56,781 bases of DNA from an uncultured Deferribacteraceae bacterium. GTDB lineage: Bacteria; Chrysiogenota; Deferribacteres; CAMZNJ01. Below are positions 20,457-29,915 of the stretch, one piece after another. A model generated the notes under the pieces. It was given only the letters and a program-made list of their open reading frames with translations. It made no database searches and was not told the origin of the DNA. Positions within the stretch are counted from its first letter, which is position 1; each line of letters begins with the position of its first letter. Made by a program: the position numbers and the translations under genes. The stretch is taken from NCBI GenBank assembly GCA_947313825.1, contig CAMZNJ010000024.1, forward strand, positions 1-56,781. Direction: 5' to 3'.

Positions 20457-20625
20457 TGCACGAAAGCTGCACAAAAGCTACCCGAAAGTTTCACGAAAGT
20501 TGCACGGAAGCTACCCGAAAGTTGCACGAAAGCACTGCACGAAAGTTGCACGGAAGCTACCCGAAAGTTGCACGGAAGCTACCCGAAAGTTGCACGAAAG
20601 CACTGCACGGAAGCACTGCACGGAA
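20457..20625. repeat. About 15 units of 11/13 bp (TGCACG(A/G)AAG(C/T), TACCCGAAAGT, TGCACGAAAGCAC)
   Basis: Read directly. A higher-order pattern of variants is visible. Confidence 0.95.
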
Positions 20626-20722
20626 ATACGACGTGCAACAGCTAGGTTGGGCAATACTAACTCGTGGTGTTGCGATGTTGCTTCAATCACGGGCTAGTAT
20701 CGCCGTACTATGGTGGTCAGTT

Positions 20723-20755
20723 GCAGTACCCGGTGGGCAGTACCCGGTGGGCAGT
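20723..20755. repeat. 2.4 x 14 bp GCAGTACCCGGTGG
   Basis: Ends 3 bp from the ftsZ stop. Confidence 0.9.
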
Positions 20756-20758
20756 GCC

Positions 20759-21910
20759 CTATCGGTTACCTATTTTACGATCGCTGTTGCGAAGGATTGC
20801 AGGTATTTCGTAGTCGCTCTCTTGAGACGTAATATTTTCAATGCTAGGGAGGTTCTCCTTAGTAATAGTGCGAGGAGCATTAGGCTGAGCCTCAGTGCCA
20901 CGAACTTTCCCTGTAATATCGATCATTTTACTGGAATCTTTGGGAGCGTCGGAAAGCCCTGTGGATACGATGGTTACCTTAAGCTTACCATTTAGGGATT
21001 CGTCGATGCCTGTTCCCATGATAATCAGGGCATCATGTCCAACAATGTCGTGTATGGCTTTGGCAATATCGTCAACTTCGTGCATGGTCATATCCTGCCC
21101 ACCGGCGATATACAAGAGGAGTCCGCAAGCACCACGAATATCGATATCGCAAAGTAGGGGGGAGCTAAGTGCTGCCCGCACAGCTTTGTCGGCACGGTTA
21201 TCACCTTCGCCGGTGCCAATGCCCATGAGAGCCATACCTTTGCTGCCCATGATGGTTTTGACATCGTTGAAGTCAACGTTCATGAGTCCGCTGTTGTTGA
21301 TGCTATCGCTGACACCTTGGACACCCTGACCAAGAACATCATCGGCAAGTGCTAATGCTTCGCCGAAAGTTGTCTCTTTTGAAATAACAGGGATAATTCT
21401 GTCGTTAGGAACAACAATATAGCTGTCAACACGATCTTTCAAAAACTTGAGCCCTTCGCTGGCAAAAGCTTTACGACGCCCACCTTCCCAAGAGAAAGGC
21501 ATGGTAACAACGGCAACAGTGAGGGCACCGATATCTTTGGCAACGCTAGCAACAATAGGTGCAGCACCGGTACCAGTTCCTCCGCCAAGCCCACAGGTGA
21601 TAAACACAAGGTCGGAGCCTTCGAGGGCTTCTTCAATTTGGTCGATGGCTTCAAGGGCAGCCTTGCGACCAACCTCAGGGTTACCGCCCGCACCAAGCCC
21701 TTTGGTGAGTTGCGATCCCAAGTGTATCTTTGTCGGACAGTTGCTCTTGGAGAGAGCCTGAGCGTCAGTGTTTGCGGCAATGAAGTCCACATTCCTGATA
21801 CCCTTCTGTATCATGTTGTTGATGGCGTTGCCACCACCTCCGCCAACACCGACAACTCTAATTACGGCATTTTTTGCCACTTCTTCGAAAACAAAATAAT
21901 CGTTATTCAT
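20759..21910 (-). CDS. ftsZ: Cell division GTPase FtsZ
   Basis: GVGGGGGNA, GGGTGTG, NVDFND and C-terminal EIPAILR. Confidence 0.98.
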   Translation of the reverse strand: MNNDYFVFEEVAKNAVIRVVGVGGGGGNAINNMIQKGIRNVDFIAANTDAQALSKSNCPTKIHLGSQLTKGLGAGGNPEVGRKAALEAIDQIEEALEGSDLVFITCGLGGGTGTGAAPIVASVAKDIGALTVAVVTMPFSWEGGRRKAFASEGLKFLKDRVDSYIVVPNDRIIPVISKETTFGEALALADDVLGQGVQGVSDSINNSGLMNVDFNDVKTIMGSKGMALMGIGTGEGDNRADKAVRAALSSPLLCDIDIRGACGLLLYIAGGQDMTMHEVDDIAKAIHDIVGHDALIIMGTGIDESLNGKLKVTIVSTGLSDAPKDSSKMIDITGKVRGTEAQPNAPRTITKENLPSIENITSQESDYEIPAILRNSDRKIGNR

Positions 21911-22091
21911 TTCGCACACCCCTTCTATGTTTTATGTACACCCAAAAGTTAATCAATAACAGAGTTAATGTAATAGAGAAGTGGAGTCATGAATTAATGT
22001 TACGACTCCCTTCGTATTACTATGTATTTTTTGCAATATTGTTAGTTCACTATAATTTTTAAAGGTTCAAACTGTAGTGATATACTTGGTT

Positions 22092-23432
22092 CTAAAAAAA
22101 CTCCTTAAACCAACGACCGATTGCCCCGAAAACTTTTTCAGTAGTATGTTTTGTACTGCTTCCGTCGTCATAGGCATGGCGAGGGTTAGTGTTGTTAGAG
22201 CTGACAGGGGAGCGACTAGATTTATAACGCCCTTTGTTTTGCTGTCTCTTCCTTGGCACTTTAGGTGCTTTAGATCGTATCGGCTCTCTGTTTTTAAATA
22301 AAATTAATGCAAGCCCAAGGGCAACACTGTAGGAGGGATCCTCAACATAATCGGTGAATCCGCTGAGCCCGAGGGTGGAGTTGCTACCGGTACGCACACT
22401 CATGGATAGTGTGTCGGAGGCGAGTTTGTCTAGCCCAAGAAGGGAGCTAGCACCGCCAGTAAGAACGACGCCGGCACCAGCATCGTGGACAAAACCTTTA
22501 TCGGCGAGGTCGTGAAGTAATATTTTGTAAACCTCTTCGCCACGGGCATAAAGAATGCTAGCGATGACCTCAAGGGAGGTTTGACGCTCCTCTTTGCGTC
22601 CCACACTGGGGATGGGAATAATATTCGAGGGATCAACAATGTCCATATTGACAACGCCGTGCTCGATTTTAATACGCTCTGCCTCAGCTTCGGGCATGCT
22701 CAAACCGATGGAAAGGTCGCGAGTGTAGTTGTAACCACCAATCTGAAGGGTATTCGAGTAAATGAGGGCACTGTTTTTGATAACAGCAATGTTAGTTGTG
22801 CCACCACCGTTGTCTATGAGGATAACGCCCATGTCGCGTTCATCGTCCGATAGAGTTGCCTCTGCGGAAGCAAGCTGTTCGAGGTGAATACCTGAAATTG
22901 CGAGACCGAGTTTGTCGCATATGGCAACAATGTTGGAGTATGCTGAGCTCAGTATGAGCACAATGTTGACGTCAACTTCGAGGCGTACGCCACTCATCCC
23001 CATGGGATCCTTGATGCCACTGTGCTCATCGATGGTAAATTCTTTGGGGAGAACATGCAAAACTTTGTAGCCAGCAGGGATGCTAACGGCACAGGCGGAA
23101 TCCATGGCACGCTCCACATCTTTTGCCATAACGCTACTCCCGCGAATGGCAACAATACCGCGTGAATTAATGTTTTTGGAGTGGGCACCTGAAATGCTCA
23201 CGTTGGCACTTTTAATGTTCACACCACTCATGACACTTGCCTGGTGAAGAGCCTCTTTCGTGGCACCAACAGCAGCGTCAATATTGATGATAGAGCCTTT
23301 GCGTAACCCTTTGCTGGGGGCACTGCCAACACCGAGAACATCACAACCGCCTTCAAGGTTGGGGCGAAGGATTACAACCCGAATCTTAGATGTTCCAATA
23401 TCCAAGCCTATGTTCAAGTTATCGTTGTGCAT
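22092..23432 (-). CDS. ftsA: Cell division protein FtsA
   Basis: GLDIGTSK, DNGGGTT, VLTGGAS and C-terminal amphipathic WFKEFF. Confidence 0.96.
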   Translation of the reverse strand: MHNDNLNIGLDIGTSKIRVVILRPNLEGGCDVLGVGSAPSKGLRKGSIINIDAAVGATKEALHQASVMSGVNIKSANVSISGAHSKNINSRGIVAIRGSSVMAKDVERAMDSACAVSIPAGYKVLHVLPKEFTIDEHSGIKDPMGMSGVRLEVDVNIVLILSSAYSNIVAICDKLGLAISGIHLEQLASAEATLSDDERDMGVILIDNGGGTTNIAVIKNSALIYSNTLQIGGYNYTRDLSIGLSMPEAEAERIKIEHGVVNMDIVDPSNIIPIPSVGRKEERQTSLEVIASILYARGEEVYKILLHDLADKGFVHDAGAGVVLTGGASSLLGLDKLASDTLSMSVRTGSNSTLGLSGFTDYVEDPSYSVALGLALILFKNREPIRSKAPKVPRKRQQNKGRYKSSRSPVSSNNTNPRHAYDDGSSTKHTTEKVFGAIGRWFKEFF

Positions 23433-24111
23433 GGTATGTTCCTTTTACAAGTATTTTGCCTTCAAAGCGAAGATCCACCGAGCTGATCGAAGAGTAAGCA
23501 CGGGACAGGTTATCGGTAAATACCTGATAGTTGCTCTGTAAAATAGTTTCATCGTAGGGTAGCAAGTAGTCTACACCGTCGATATTAGTAGATATTCCGC
23601 GTCGCTGAAGCGTTGTAATGGTATTATGGATAAAGCTGTTGGTATTGTAAACCTTTATAAAATCGTCCATGAGGGAGTCATTTACGTTGCTATCCATAAA
23701 AACATGTGCTTCAGAGCACTGTGTTGGTATGCGTTTGCTATTGCGTGTAACATAGTAGCAGGCGTCGTAGGAGTTGACCGCAAATAGGGGCGACTCTTCG
23801 TAAACGACGATGGCTATGTTGTTGGGAAGGGATCGCACCAACCGAACACTACTTATCCAAGGGTTTGATGATGTTATCGCCTCAATGGAGCTTTGGAGCT
23901 CGTCTGTATTGAGGGATAGTAAGGACTGGTCGAGAAGACCTCTGGCTAAGTCGTCAAACGACGAAGCATCAGAATATTGCACACCCACTATCTTAATCTG
24001 CTCCACAGAGAAGAATCCCAATGAAGCTACACCCTTGTAAGAATAATATAGCATCATTGCAAAAAATGCAATAAATAAAAATATTAAAAACTTCCATCGT
24101 AGTAGTGCCAT
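23419..24111 (-). CDS. ftsQ: Cell division protein FtsQ/DivIB
   Basis: Single TM, POTRA-like PWISSVRLVRSLPNNIAIVVYE, C-terminal VDLRF, and position between ddl and ftsA. Confidence 0.85.
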   Translation of the reverse strand: MALLRWKFLIFLFIAFFAMMLYYSYKGVASLGFFSVEQIKIVGVQYSDASSFDDLARGLLDQSLLSLNTDELQSSIEAITSSNPWISSVRLVRSLPNNIAIVVYEESPLFAVNSYDACYYVTRNSKRIPTQCSEAHVFMDSNVNDSLMDDFIKVYNTNSFIHNTITTLQRRGISTNIDGVDYLLPYDETILQSNYQVFTDNLSRAYSSISSVDLRFEGKILVKGTYHAQR

Positions 24112-24148
24112 AAGGGGAGAAACCTCGGTAAAACAAGCCTTTCAGCCG

Positions 24149-25135
24149 CTATTTTTTGTCAGAAATTGTCTCTAATAATATTTCGCCCAAAGAGATATTA
24201 TTGTGGAGAAGAATTTTGGGAACGAGGGAAGTCGCTGTCATGCCCGGAACAGTGTTGATCTCAAGAATATGAAGGGCAACGTCTGGAGCCTCTTTCGTAA
24301 ATATATCGTCGAGGGTTGCACCTTGCAAAATAAAATCAACGCGAGCAATGGCACTGCAACCGCAAAGGGCAAACACACGCTCAGAAGTTGACTTCAGTAA
24401 CGCCATCAGACCTGGACGAAGATCATCCGCAACGATGTAGTCGGTTCTACCATGTTTGTACTCGTATTTGGCATCGTAACTGTAAAAACTATTTGGGGGG
24501 GGAGTAATTAGGATGGGAGTGTAGGCAACACCATTTAACATGGGGACGGTGCATTCAACACCCTCAATACATTCTTCGATGAGAATCTCCCCTTGGGAAC
24601 TGTTGCCTTGCGTGCCTGCTGCTTGCTGGAGTGCGGCTGTGGAGTCCTCTAAAATACTGGACGAGTCGCTAATGTAAACACCGATGGACGAACCGCTACG
24701 GGGAACCTTCACAACGCACTTTGAGGGGCTGGAGTCGTTGCCTAGCGGGGGAACGCTGCTCAGGGGGGTGCTGGTGGTGGTGTATGCTGGAGTGGTAATG
24801 TTGTGGGCATCGAGGAGGTACTTGAACAGAAGTTTGTCCATGGTTACAACAGAGCTTTCAACGTCTGAACCGTAGTAAGGGATGTTGAGCATTTCGAGTA
24901 CTGATTGAATGCGACCGTCCTCCCCTTTGTAGCCATGAATGGCGTTGAGAGCATACTGTGGGTTGAGGCTTATTAGCTTTTCGACGAAGCCGTCAACAAC
25001 GTCGAGGGTTGTAACGGTAATCCCTTTGCCACTCTTATGGATAGCACGTTCAAGTTCCTGTTGCATGTGTGTGGCGGTTTGGATACTAATTTCGCGTTCG
25101 TTGCTTTCACCACCGTAAAGTATGACCACATTCAT
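24149..25135 (-). CDS. ddl: D-alanine--D-alanine ligase
   Basis: GGESNEREIS, HGYKGEDG, GSSIG, FYSYDAKY and EINTVPG. Confidence 0.95.
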   Translation of the reverse strand: MNVVILYGGESNEREISIQTATHMQQELERAIHKSGKGITVTTLDVVDGFVEKLISLNPQYALNAIHGYKGEDGRIQSVLEMLNIPYYGSDVESSVVTMDKLLFKYLLDAHNITTPAYTTTSTPLSSVPPLGNDSSPSKCVVKVPRSGSSIGVYISDSSSILEDSTAALQQAAGTQGNSSQGEILIEECIEGVECTVPMLNGVAYTPILITPPPNSFYSYDAKYEYKHGRTDYIVADDLRPGLMALLKSTSERVFALCGCSAIARVDFILQGATLDDIFTKEAPDVALHILEINTVPGMTATSLVPKILLHNNISLGEILLETISDKK

Positions 25136-25138
25136 AAC

Positions 25139-26572
25139 TTACTCCTTTGATTGTTCTAAATTAGTTAGTGTTTCGGCGATGGTGTACGAGAGGAGGGTGA
25201 TACTTCCCGCACCGAATGTAATGATGATATTTTTGTTCCCGTTGCTCAGGATATTGGGGAGAAACTGGTGGAAGATGGTGAAGTTGGACATATATTGGGT
25301 ATCAGCCTTGCCGTACTCAACGAGTGAGTCAACAAGGGCGGGGGATGTAATCCCTGAGATAGGTTGTTCGCTGGCTTCGTAAATATCGAACACAAAAATA
25401 TTATCACTGAGAGCCAAAACCTCCACGAATTCGTTCCACAGGTATTGCATGCGTGTGTACCTATGGGGCTGGAATAGGATAGTCATGGTATGGTTGGGGT
25501 AGGACTCCCTGAGGGCGAGAATATTGGCATGTATTTCAGTGGGGTGGTGCCCGTAATCGTCAATCATAATGGTGTTATCAGATTTGTAACGCACGGATAA
25601 ACGACGTTGGGTGCCGTGGAAGCCTAGGAGTTTCTCGGCAATGGTAGCAGGGTCTATTTTCAGAAAATGGGCACAGGCTATCCCCGCAATGCTGTTGAGA
25701 AGGTTGTGGCGACCCATGAGGCTGTTGCTGAACCGACCAAATAGTGTGCCATAGGTGTAGATGTCGAAAGATGAGCCCGATTCGCATACCTCGATATTCG
25801 TGGCGTAAATATCGGGGAGGGGCGTGGTGGCAGTGTCGGGTGCTTCAACGATGGAGTAAGTGATAGTGCGTCGTTTAATCTTGGGCAAGATATCCACTAC
25901 GCTGGGACTGTCGGTGCAGACGATAATCGCACCGTAAAAAGGTATTCTGTTGGCGAATTCGATGAACGCGTTTTTTAGGTCATCCAAGTCGGTGTACTCC
26001 TCAACATGCTCCATGTCGATGTTGGTGATAACTCCAAGGGTGGGGTAGGTGAGGAGGAACGACCTGTCGCTCTCGTCGGTTTCTATTACAAGGAAGTCGC
26101 TTGTGCCGACCATGGCGTTGTTGCCGTTTTTGTTGAGGCGACCGCCAATGATAATCGTGGGGTCGTAGTGGGTATCGCAAAGGAGCTCGCCGACGAGGCT
26201 GGAGGTGGTGGTTTTGCCATGGGAGCCGGCAATGGCGATGGTGTGTTTGAGGCGTGTGATTTCGGCAAGCATTTCGCCACGGGTAATGCAGGGGATAGCG
26301 TTTGAATGTGCGTAAGCGAGCTCAACGTTGTCGGGGCTGACGGCATTGGAGTAGACAACAAGCTCGGCACCGATGACGTTGTCGCCGTGGTGCCCGATGT
26401 GGATGGTTACGCCCATATCGCGGAGTCGTTGGACGTTGTAGTTGTCGGAGAGGTCGCTGCCTGAGACAGGGATATTCATGGATCGCAGTAGCTCTGCCAA
26501 GCCACTGACGCCTATTCCGCCGACGCCTATGAAGTGTACACGGCTGTAGTTTACAAAAATTTGTTCTAGCAT
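25139..26572 (-). CDS. murC: UDP-N-acetylmuramate--L-alanine ligase
   Basis: HFIGVGGIGVSG, GSHGKTTT, ETDESD, DDYGHHPTE and FQPHRY. Confidence 0.97.
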   Translation of the reverse strand: MLEQIFVNYSRVHFIGVGGIGVSGLAELLRSMNIPVSGSDLSDNYNVQRLRDMGVTIHIGHHGDNVIGAELVVYSNAVSPDNVELAYAHSNAIPCITRGEMLAEITRLKHTIAIAGSHGKTTTSSLVGELLCDTHYDPTIIIGGRLNKNGNNAMVGTSDFLVIETDESDRSFLLTYPTLGVITNIDMEHVEEYTDLDDLKNAFIEFANRIPFYGAIIVCTDSPSVVDILPKIKRRTITYSIVEAPDTATTPLPDIYATNIEVCESGSSFDIYTYGTLFGRFSNSLMGRHNLLNSIAGIACAHFLKIDPATIAEKLLGFHGTQRRLSVRYKSDNTIMIDDYGHHPTEIHANILALRESYPNHTMTILFQPHRYTRMQYLWNEFVEVLALSDNIFVFDIYEASEQPISGITSPALVDSLVEYGKADTQYMSNFTIFHQFLPNILSNGNKNIIITFGAGSITLLSYTIAETLTNLEQSKE

Positions 26573-26689
26573 AATAATTAGTACCTAGTTTTGAAGTATG
26601 AAAATGTTAAAATTAATATCATATTATTATACAGTATTTTTTCAGAAATATAAACGCTTTCTCTGCATCAACAAACATAAAATACAGAT

Positions 26690-27958
26690 TTATTTGGGGA
26701 AGATGTGATTGGCAATGATTTCAGAACTATTTTTTATTTCGATTGTGGCTAATTTAGAGACGATTGAATCGTAACTGTTAACCATGGCGAGAATAGAGTT
26801 TATGAGGTTTTCGGGGGTTGCGTCCGACTCTGTCAAAATCACGCCTGCACCAGCGTGGGCAATGAATTCGGCGTTGTGGTACTGATGGTTGTCAATCGCC
26901 TTTGCAAACGGAACGAAGATACAAGGACGACACGCCTGTAACGACTCAAACACACTGCTAGAACCGGATCGAGATACAACAAGATGACTCCATTCGTAGG
27001 CTGAAAACATATCGTCGATATAGGGAACAACGTGCACGGAAATGGGGGCGTTGCGGGGAGCGGGCTCATTTGGGGGAACACCGGTCTCCACGTGGATATG
27101 CTTGCCAGTGCCGTCAGTGCCGTCAGTGGTGCCAGTGTTGCCAGTGTTGCCTCGGGAGTACCCTCGGGTGTACCCTTGGCGAGCCTCGTCGTAGAGCTTA
27201 CCGCCAGCTTGGTGCATCACTTGAATGCGACCGATGGCACCAGTTGCACCAGTTGCACCAGTTGTACCAGTTGCACCAGAGTTGCCCTGCTCTGAGTTAG
27301 CAATGTGGAACACCGTGTCAATTATGAGGTTGTTGATGAACCGACTCCCCTGAGAGCCACCAAGAACAAGGATATTCAGGGTATGACCTTCAGGACGGAC
27401 GGCGGGGATATGGTTGGGTTGAATGTTGGAAAACAGGTTGCGAATGGGGTTGCCACTAACAATAAACTTGCTGTTTACGTGGTGTTTGTCGCCACCGTCT
27501 TGTGTTCGCGGGTAGGAGAGGAATACTGTGCGAGCATATTTGGACAGCAGTTTGTTGGCTCTGCCCATGACAGCGTTTTGTTCGTGAATATAAAGTGGGC
27601 ACCGCTTGAGTATGGCAACGGATGCCGCAGGCATGGATACGAATCCGCCAAAAACAATGACGGTATCACCTTTGCGTACAACCCCCATCAGTGCGAGGGA
27701 TTGCCGCATGATACTGTAGAGGCTACGTACCTTGCTGAGGGCTGAACCGCCCATGAAACCACTGATACGTTGTTCGAGGTAGGGGTAGCCGTGTTGCTCT
27801 AAAATCTGCTTTTCGATGCCCTTGTTGGATACTAAAAATATTACCTGTGCACCGTTGTTGGTGAGGACGTCAGCAACACTGATGGCGGGGTATAAATGAC
27901 CGCCTGTGCCCCCTGCAGCAAGTATTACCCTCGTGGTTCGGGTGCGTTTCTTACCCAT
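26690..27958 (-). CDS. murG: Undecaprenyl-PP-MurNAc-pentapeptide GlcNAc transferase with repeat insertions
   Basis: GGTGGH, HEQN, GNPIR, GGSQG, SRSG and HQYHNA. Start ATG 27958 overlaps the ftsW stop. Confidence 0.95.
   Translation of the reverse strand: MGKKRTRTTRVILAAGGTGGHLYPAISVADVLTNNGAQVIFLVSNKGIEKQILEQHGYPYLEQRISGFMGGSALSKVRSLYSIMRQSLALMGVVRKGDTVIVFGGFVSMPAASVAILKRCPLYIHEQNAVMGRANKLLSKYARTVFLSYPRTQDGGDKHHVNSKFIVSGNPIRNLFSNIQPNHIPAVRPEGHTLNILVLGGSQGSRFINNLIIDTVFHIANSEQGNSGATGTTGATGATGAIGRIQVMHQAGGKLYDEARQGYTRGYSRGNTGNTGTTDGTDGTGKHIHVETGVPPNEPAPRNAPISVHVVPYIDDMFSAYEWSHLVVSRSGSSSVFESLQACRPCIFVPFAKAIDNHQYHNAEFIAHAGAGVILTESDATPENLINSILAMVNSYDSIVSKLATIEIKNSSEIIANHIFPK
27104..27285 (-). repeat. 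In-frame 9 and 12 bp arrays inside murG (GAT GTT GAT GAT GAI; RGY(T/S); GNT/DGT)
   Basis: GCACCAGTT about x5 at 27237-27285, CCTCGGG(A/T)GTAC x2, and GCCAGTGTT/GTCAGTGCC units at 27104-27150. Confidence 0.9.
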
Positions 27959-29126
27959 AAGTGCCCCCAGTGGAGATATTGTTGCTGTCGTCATCCCTGT
28001 TTGAGGACGCACTCAGTACGACACCCACCATAAACAGGGACATTAGCATGGAACTCCCCCCATAACTAACAAAAGGAAGGGTGGTGCCTTTGGTGGGCAG
28101 TAACCCGAGGACAACTAAGATATGGAGCATGGATTCCACAAAAAACAGAAGACCGATACCAAATATTAGCAGGCGGTTGAACTTATTCTCGTAGGAAAAA
28201 GCGATATCTGTGCACAGCTTGAAAATGAAGAGGATGACAAGAACAACAGCAGTGCTTAAAACAAATCCTATCTCTTCAGAAATAATGGCGAAGATGAAGT
28301 CGTTGTGGGCTTCTGGGAGGAAGTAGAGCTTCTGTACCGAATTGCCGATACCCTTGCCGAAAAAACCCCCACTCCCAACGGAAATAAGGGACTGAACAAG
28401 CTGATAACCATGACCGTACATGTCCTGCCACGGATCCAAAAACACAAACAACCGTGCACTACGGTAGCCAACAGTCAACACGGCACTAATCATAACAGGC
28501 AAAACAAATGCAAGCATTCCACCAAGGTGGGTCAGGCGAATGCCACCCATGAGGTACATGGCGAAACCAACGATAATAATCGTAAGGGTGGTGCCGTAGT
28601 CGGGTTCGATGAGAATAAGGGAGGTGAGGATGCCCAACAGGATGGATGCAGGCAAAAAACCGCGAAGAAAGCTGCCGATGTCGTCCCCTTTTTTGTCCAA
28701 GTAGTAGGCTAAATACAAAATAACCATGAACTTAGCAAATTCCGATGGCTGAAAATTGAAAAATGGGAGATCGATCCAACGATAAGCACCCTTGATAGGG
28801 GGAAAAAAGAAAACGGAAATGAGCAAACTAACGGTGAAAAAATAAAGGAAAGGGATGTAGCGTTTGTAACTATTAACAGGGATTAGATACCCAGCGTACA
28901 TTGCTCCCAAACTGATGAGCAAAGCAATGAGGTGCTTCTCAAAAAAATAGGAACTACGCACACCATAACCGATGGACACAACAAAACCAGTGGAATACAC
29001 AAATATAACACTGAGAATCAGCAGTATAAAAACACTCAACAACAGCAAAACACGACTATCGCTAAAATATGTACGCAGGAACATGGACCACCACCGAGTC
29101 AAATCTTGTCGAACAATACCTATCAT
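27951..29126 (-). CDS. ftsW: SEDS peptidoglycan glycosyltransferase FtsW
   Basis: RWI...FQPSEFAK, EPDYG, GYQLVQS, LPEAHNDFIF and TLPFVSYGGSS. Adjacent to murG. Confidence 0.95.
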   Translation of the reverse strand: MIGIVRQDLTRWWSMFLRTYFSDSRVLLLLSVFILLILSVIFVYSTGFVVSIGYGVRSSYFFEKHLIALLISLGAMYAGYLIPVNSYKRYIPFLYFFTVSLLISVFFFPPIKGAYRWIDLPFFNFQPSEFAKFMVILYLAYYLDKKGDDIGSFLRGFLPASILLGILTSLILIEPDYGTTLTIIIVGFAMYLMGGIRLTHLGGMLAFVLPVMISAVLTVGYRSARLFVFLDPWQDMYGHGYQLVQSLISVGSGGFFGKGIGNSVQKLYFLPEAHNDFIFAIISEEIGFVLSTAVVLVILFIFKLCTDIAFSYENKFNRLLIFGIGLLFFVESMLHILVVLGLLPTKGTTLPFVSYGGSSMLMSLFMVGVVLSASSNRDDDSNNISTGGTYG

Positions 29127-29182
29127 ACAACAAATAACTCAACAAGTCACATCATAATTTCGCAATAGGCGAGAAAGGGGGC

Positions 29183-29238
29183 TGGTGCGGTGGCGTGGTG
29201 GTGCGGTGGTGCGGTGGTGCGGTGGCGTGGTGGTGTGG
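29183..29238. repeat. 7 x 8 bp G-rich array TGG(T/C)G(C/T)GG upstream of ftsW
   Basis: Read directly. Confidence 0.9.
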
Positions 29239-29600
29239 TGGTTGTCGTCGGGTGGTTGTCGGGGCATAGTCGTGAAAAAAAGGAATATGGGCGAATAAGA
29301 AAATATCTGTTGCATAACAGGGAGTTTTGCTGTAGTATTTTAATTCGGTATTCTACTTGTCGATTTTTGTCAATATTTGTCAATTGTATCGAAACTGTAG
29401 TGGGCAATTTTAAACGGTAGCAGGCTGTTTAACTACAACCGAACTACTACTGTCGAACTAGTTGAATTGACGCAAGGGTAGGAAAAACTGCCATTTACTT
29501 ACACTTGAAACAGGGTGCCCGGCATGGACTAATGCGGGTTCACACCATACTAATCAAACATAAAATACGTACACCGTTGAAGTGTATTGGAGAAATTATT

Positions 29601-29792
29601 ATGTCGAAACGTTGCGAAGTTTGCGGTAAAGGACCCATGTTCGGAAGAAATATTAGTCATGCTCATAATGTTACTCGCAGGGTTTTTTACCCGAACGTAC
29701 AAGCTGTACGCGTGTACAACGATGCAAGACAGATTGTAAAGGCAAAGGTATGCACCAAATGCCTGAAGGCCGGTAAGGTCAGAAGAGCCTAG
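29601..29792 (+). CDS. rpmB: 50S ribosomal protein L28
   Basis: MSKRCEVCGKGPMFGRNISHAHNVTRRVFYPN...CTKCLK, with GGAG before ATG 29601. Confidence 0.97.
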   Translation: MSKRCEVCGKGPMFGRNISHAHNVTRRVFYPNVQAVRVYNDARQIVKAKVCTKCLKAGKVRRA

Positions 29793-29909
29793 AGCCCGCC
29801 AATCGGATAGCACAAACTGATACGACAACACCCGTTGTCCATACGAACCCTTTGATGCAGAGGGAGTGTGCATGGATGACGGGACTTTGTGCGTCTGGCG
29901 TGGGGTTCG
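29793..29909 (+). ncRNA. Candidate structured RNA (long irregular hairpin) immediately after rpmB; family not recognised
   Basis: Nested pairings: CGCCA/TGGCG, GCACAAA(29810-16)/TTTGTGC(29886-92), CCCGTTGTCCAT(29831-42)/ATGGATGACGGG(29872-83) and CCCTTTG/CAGAGGG, including G-U pairs. Confidence 0.4.
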
Positions 29910-29915
29910 GTGTGT

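Noticed and set aside
20342-20995. ORFs across the 11-bp array and the 5' extension of ung to 20472
   Set aside because: They are repeat-derived and overlap real genes. ATG 20406 fits UDG length better.
24149-25135. Van-type D-Ala-D-Lac ligase
   Set aside because: The omega loop FYSYDAKY retains the Tyr typical of D-Ala-D-Ala ligases, and the gene sits in the dcw cluster.
29181-29238. E. coli-type Chi sites
   Set aside because: Only near-matches to GCTGGTGG occur here, and Chi sequences are lineage-specific.
29793-29909. Calling the hairpin SRP RNA (ffs) or 6S RNA (ssrS)
   Set aside because: It lacks the SRP domain IV motif and is too short, without a clear central bubble, for a confident 6S call. 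Kept as an unnamed candidate.
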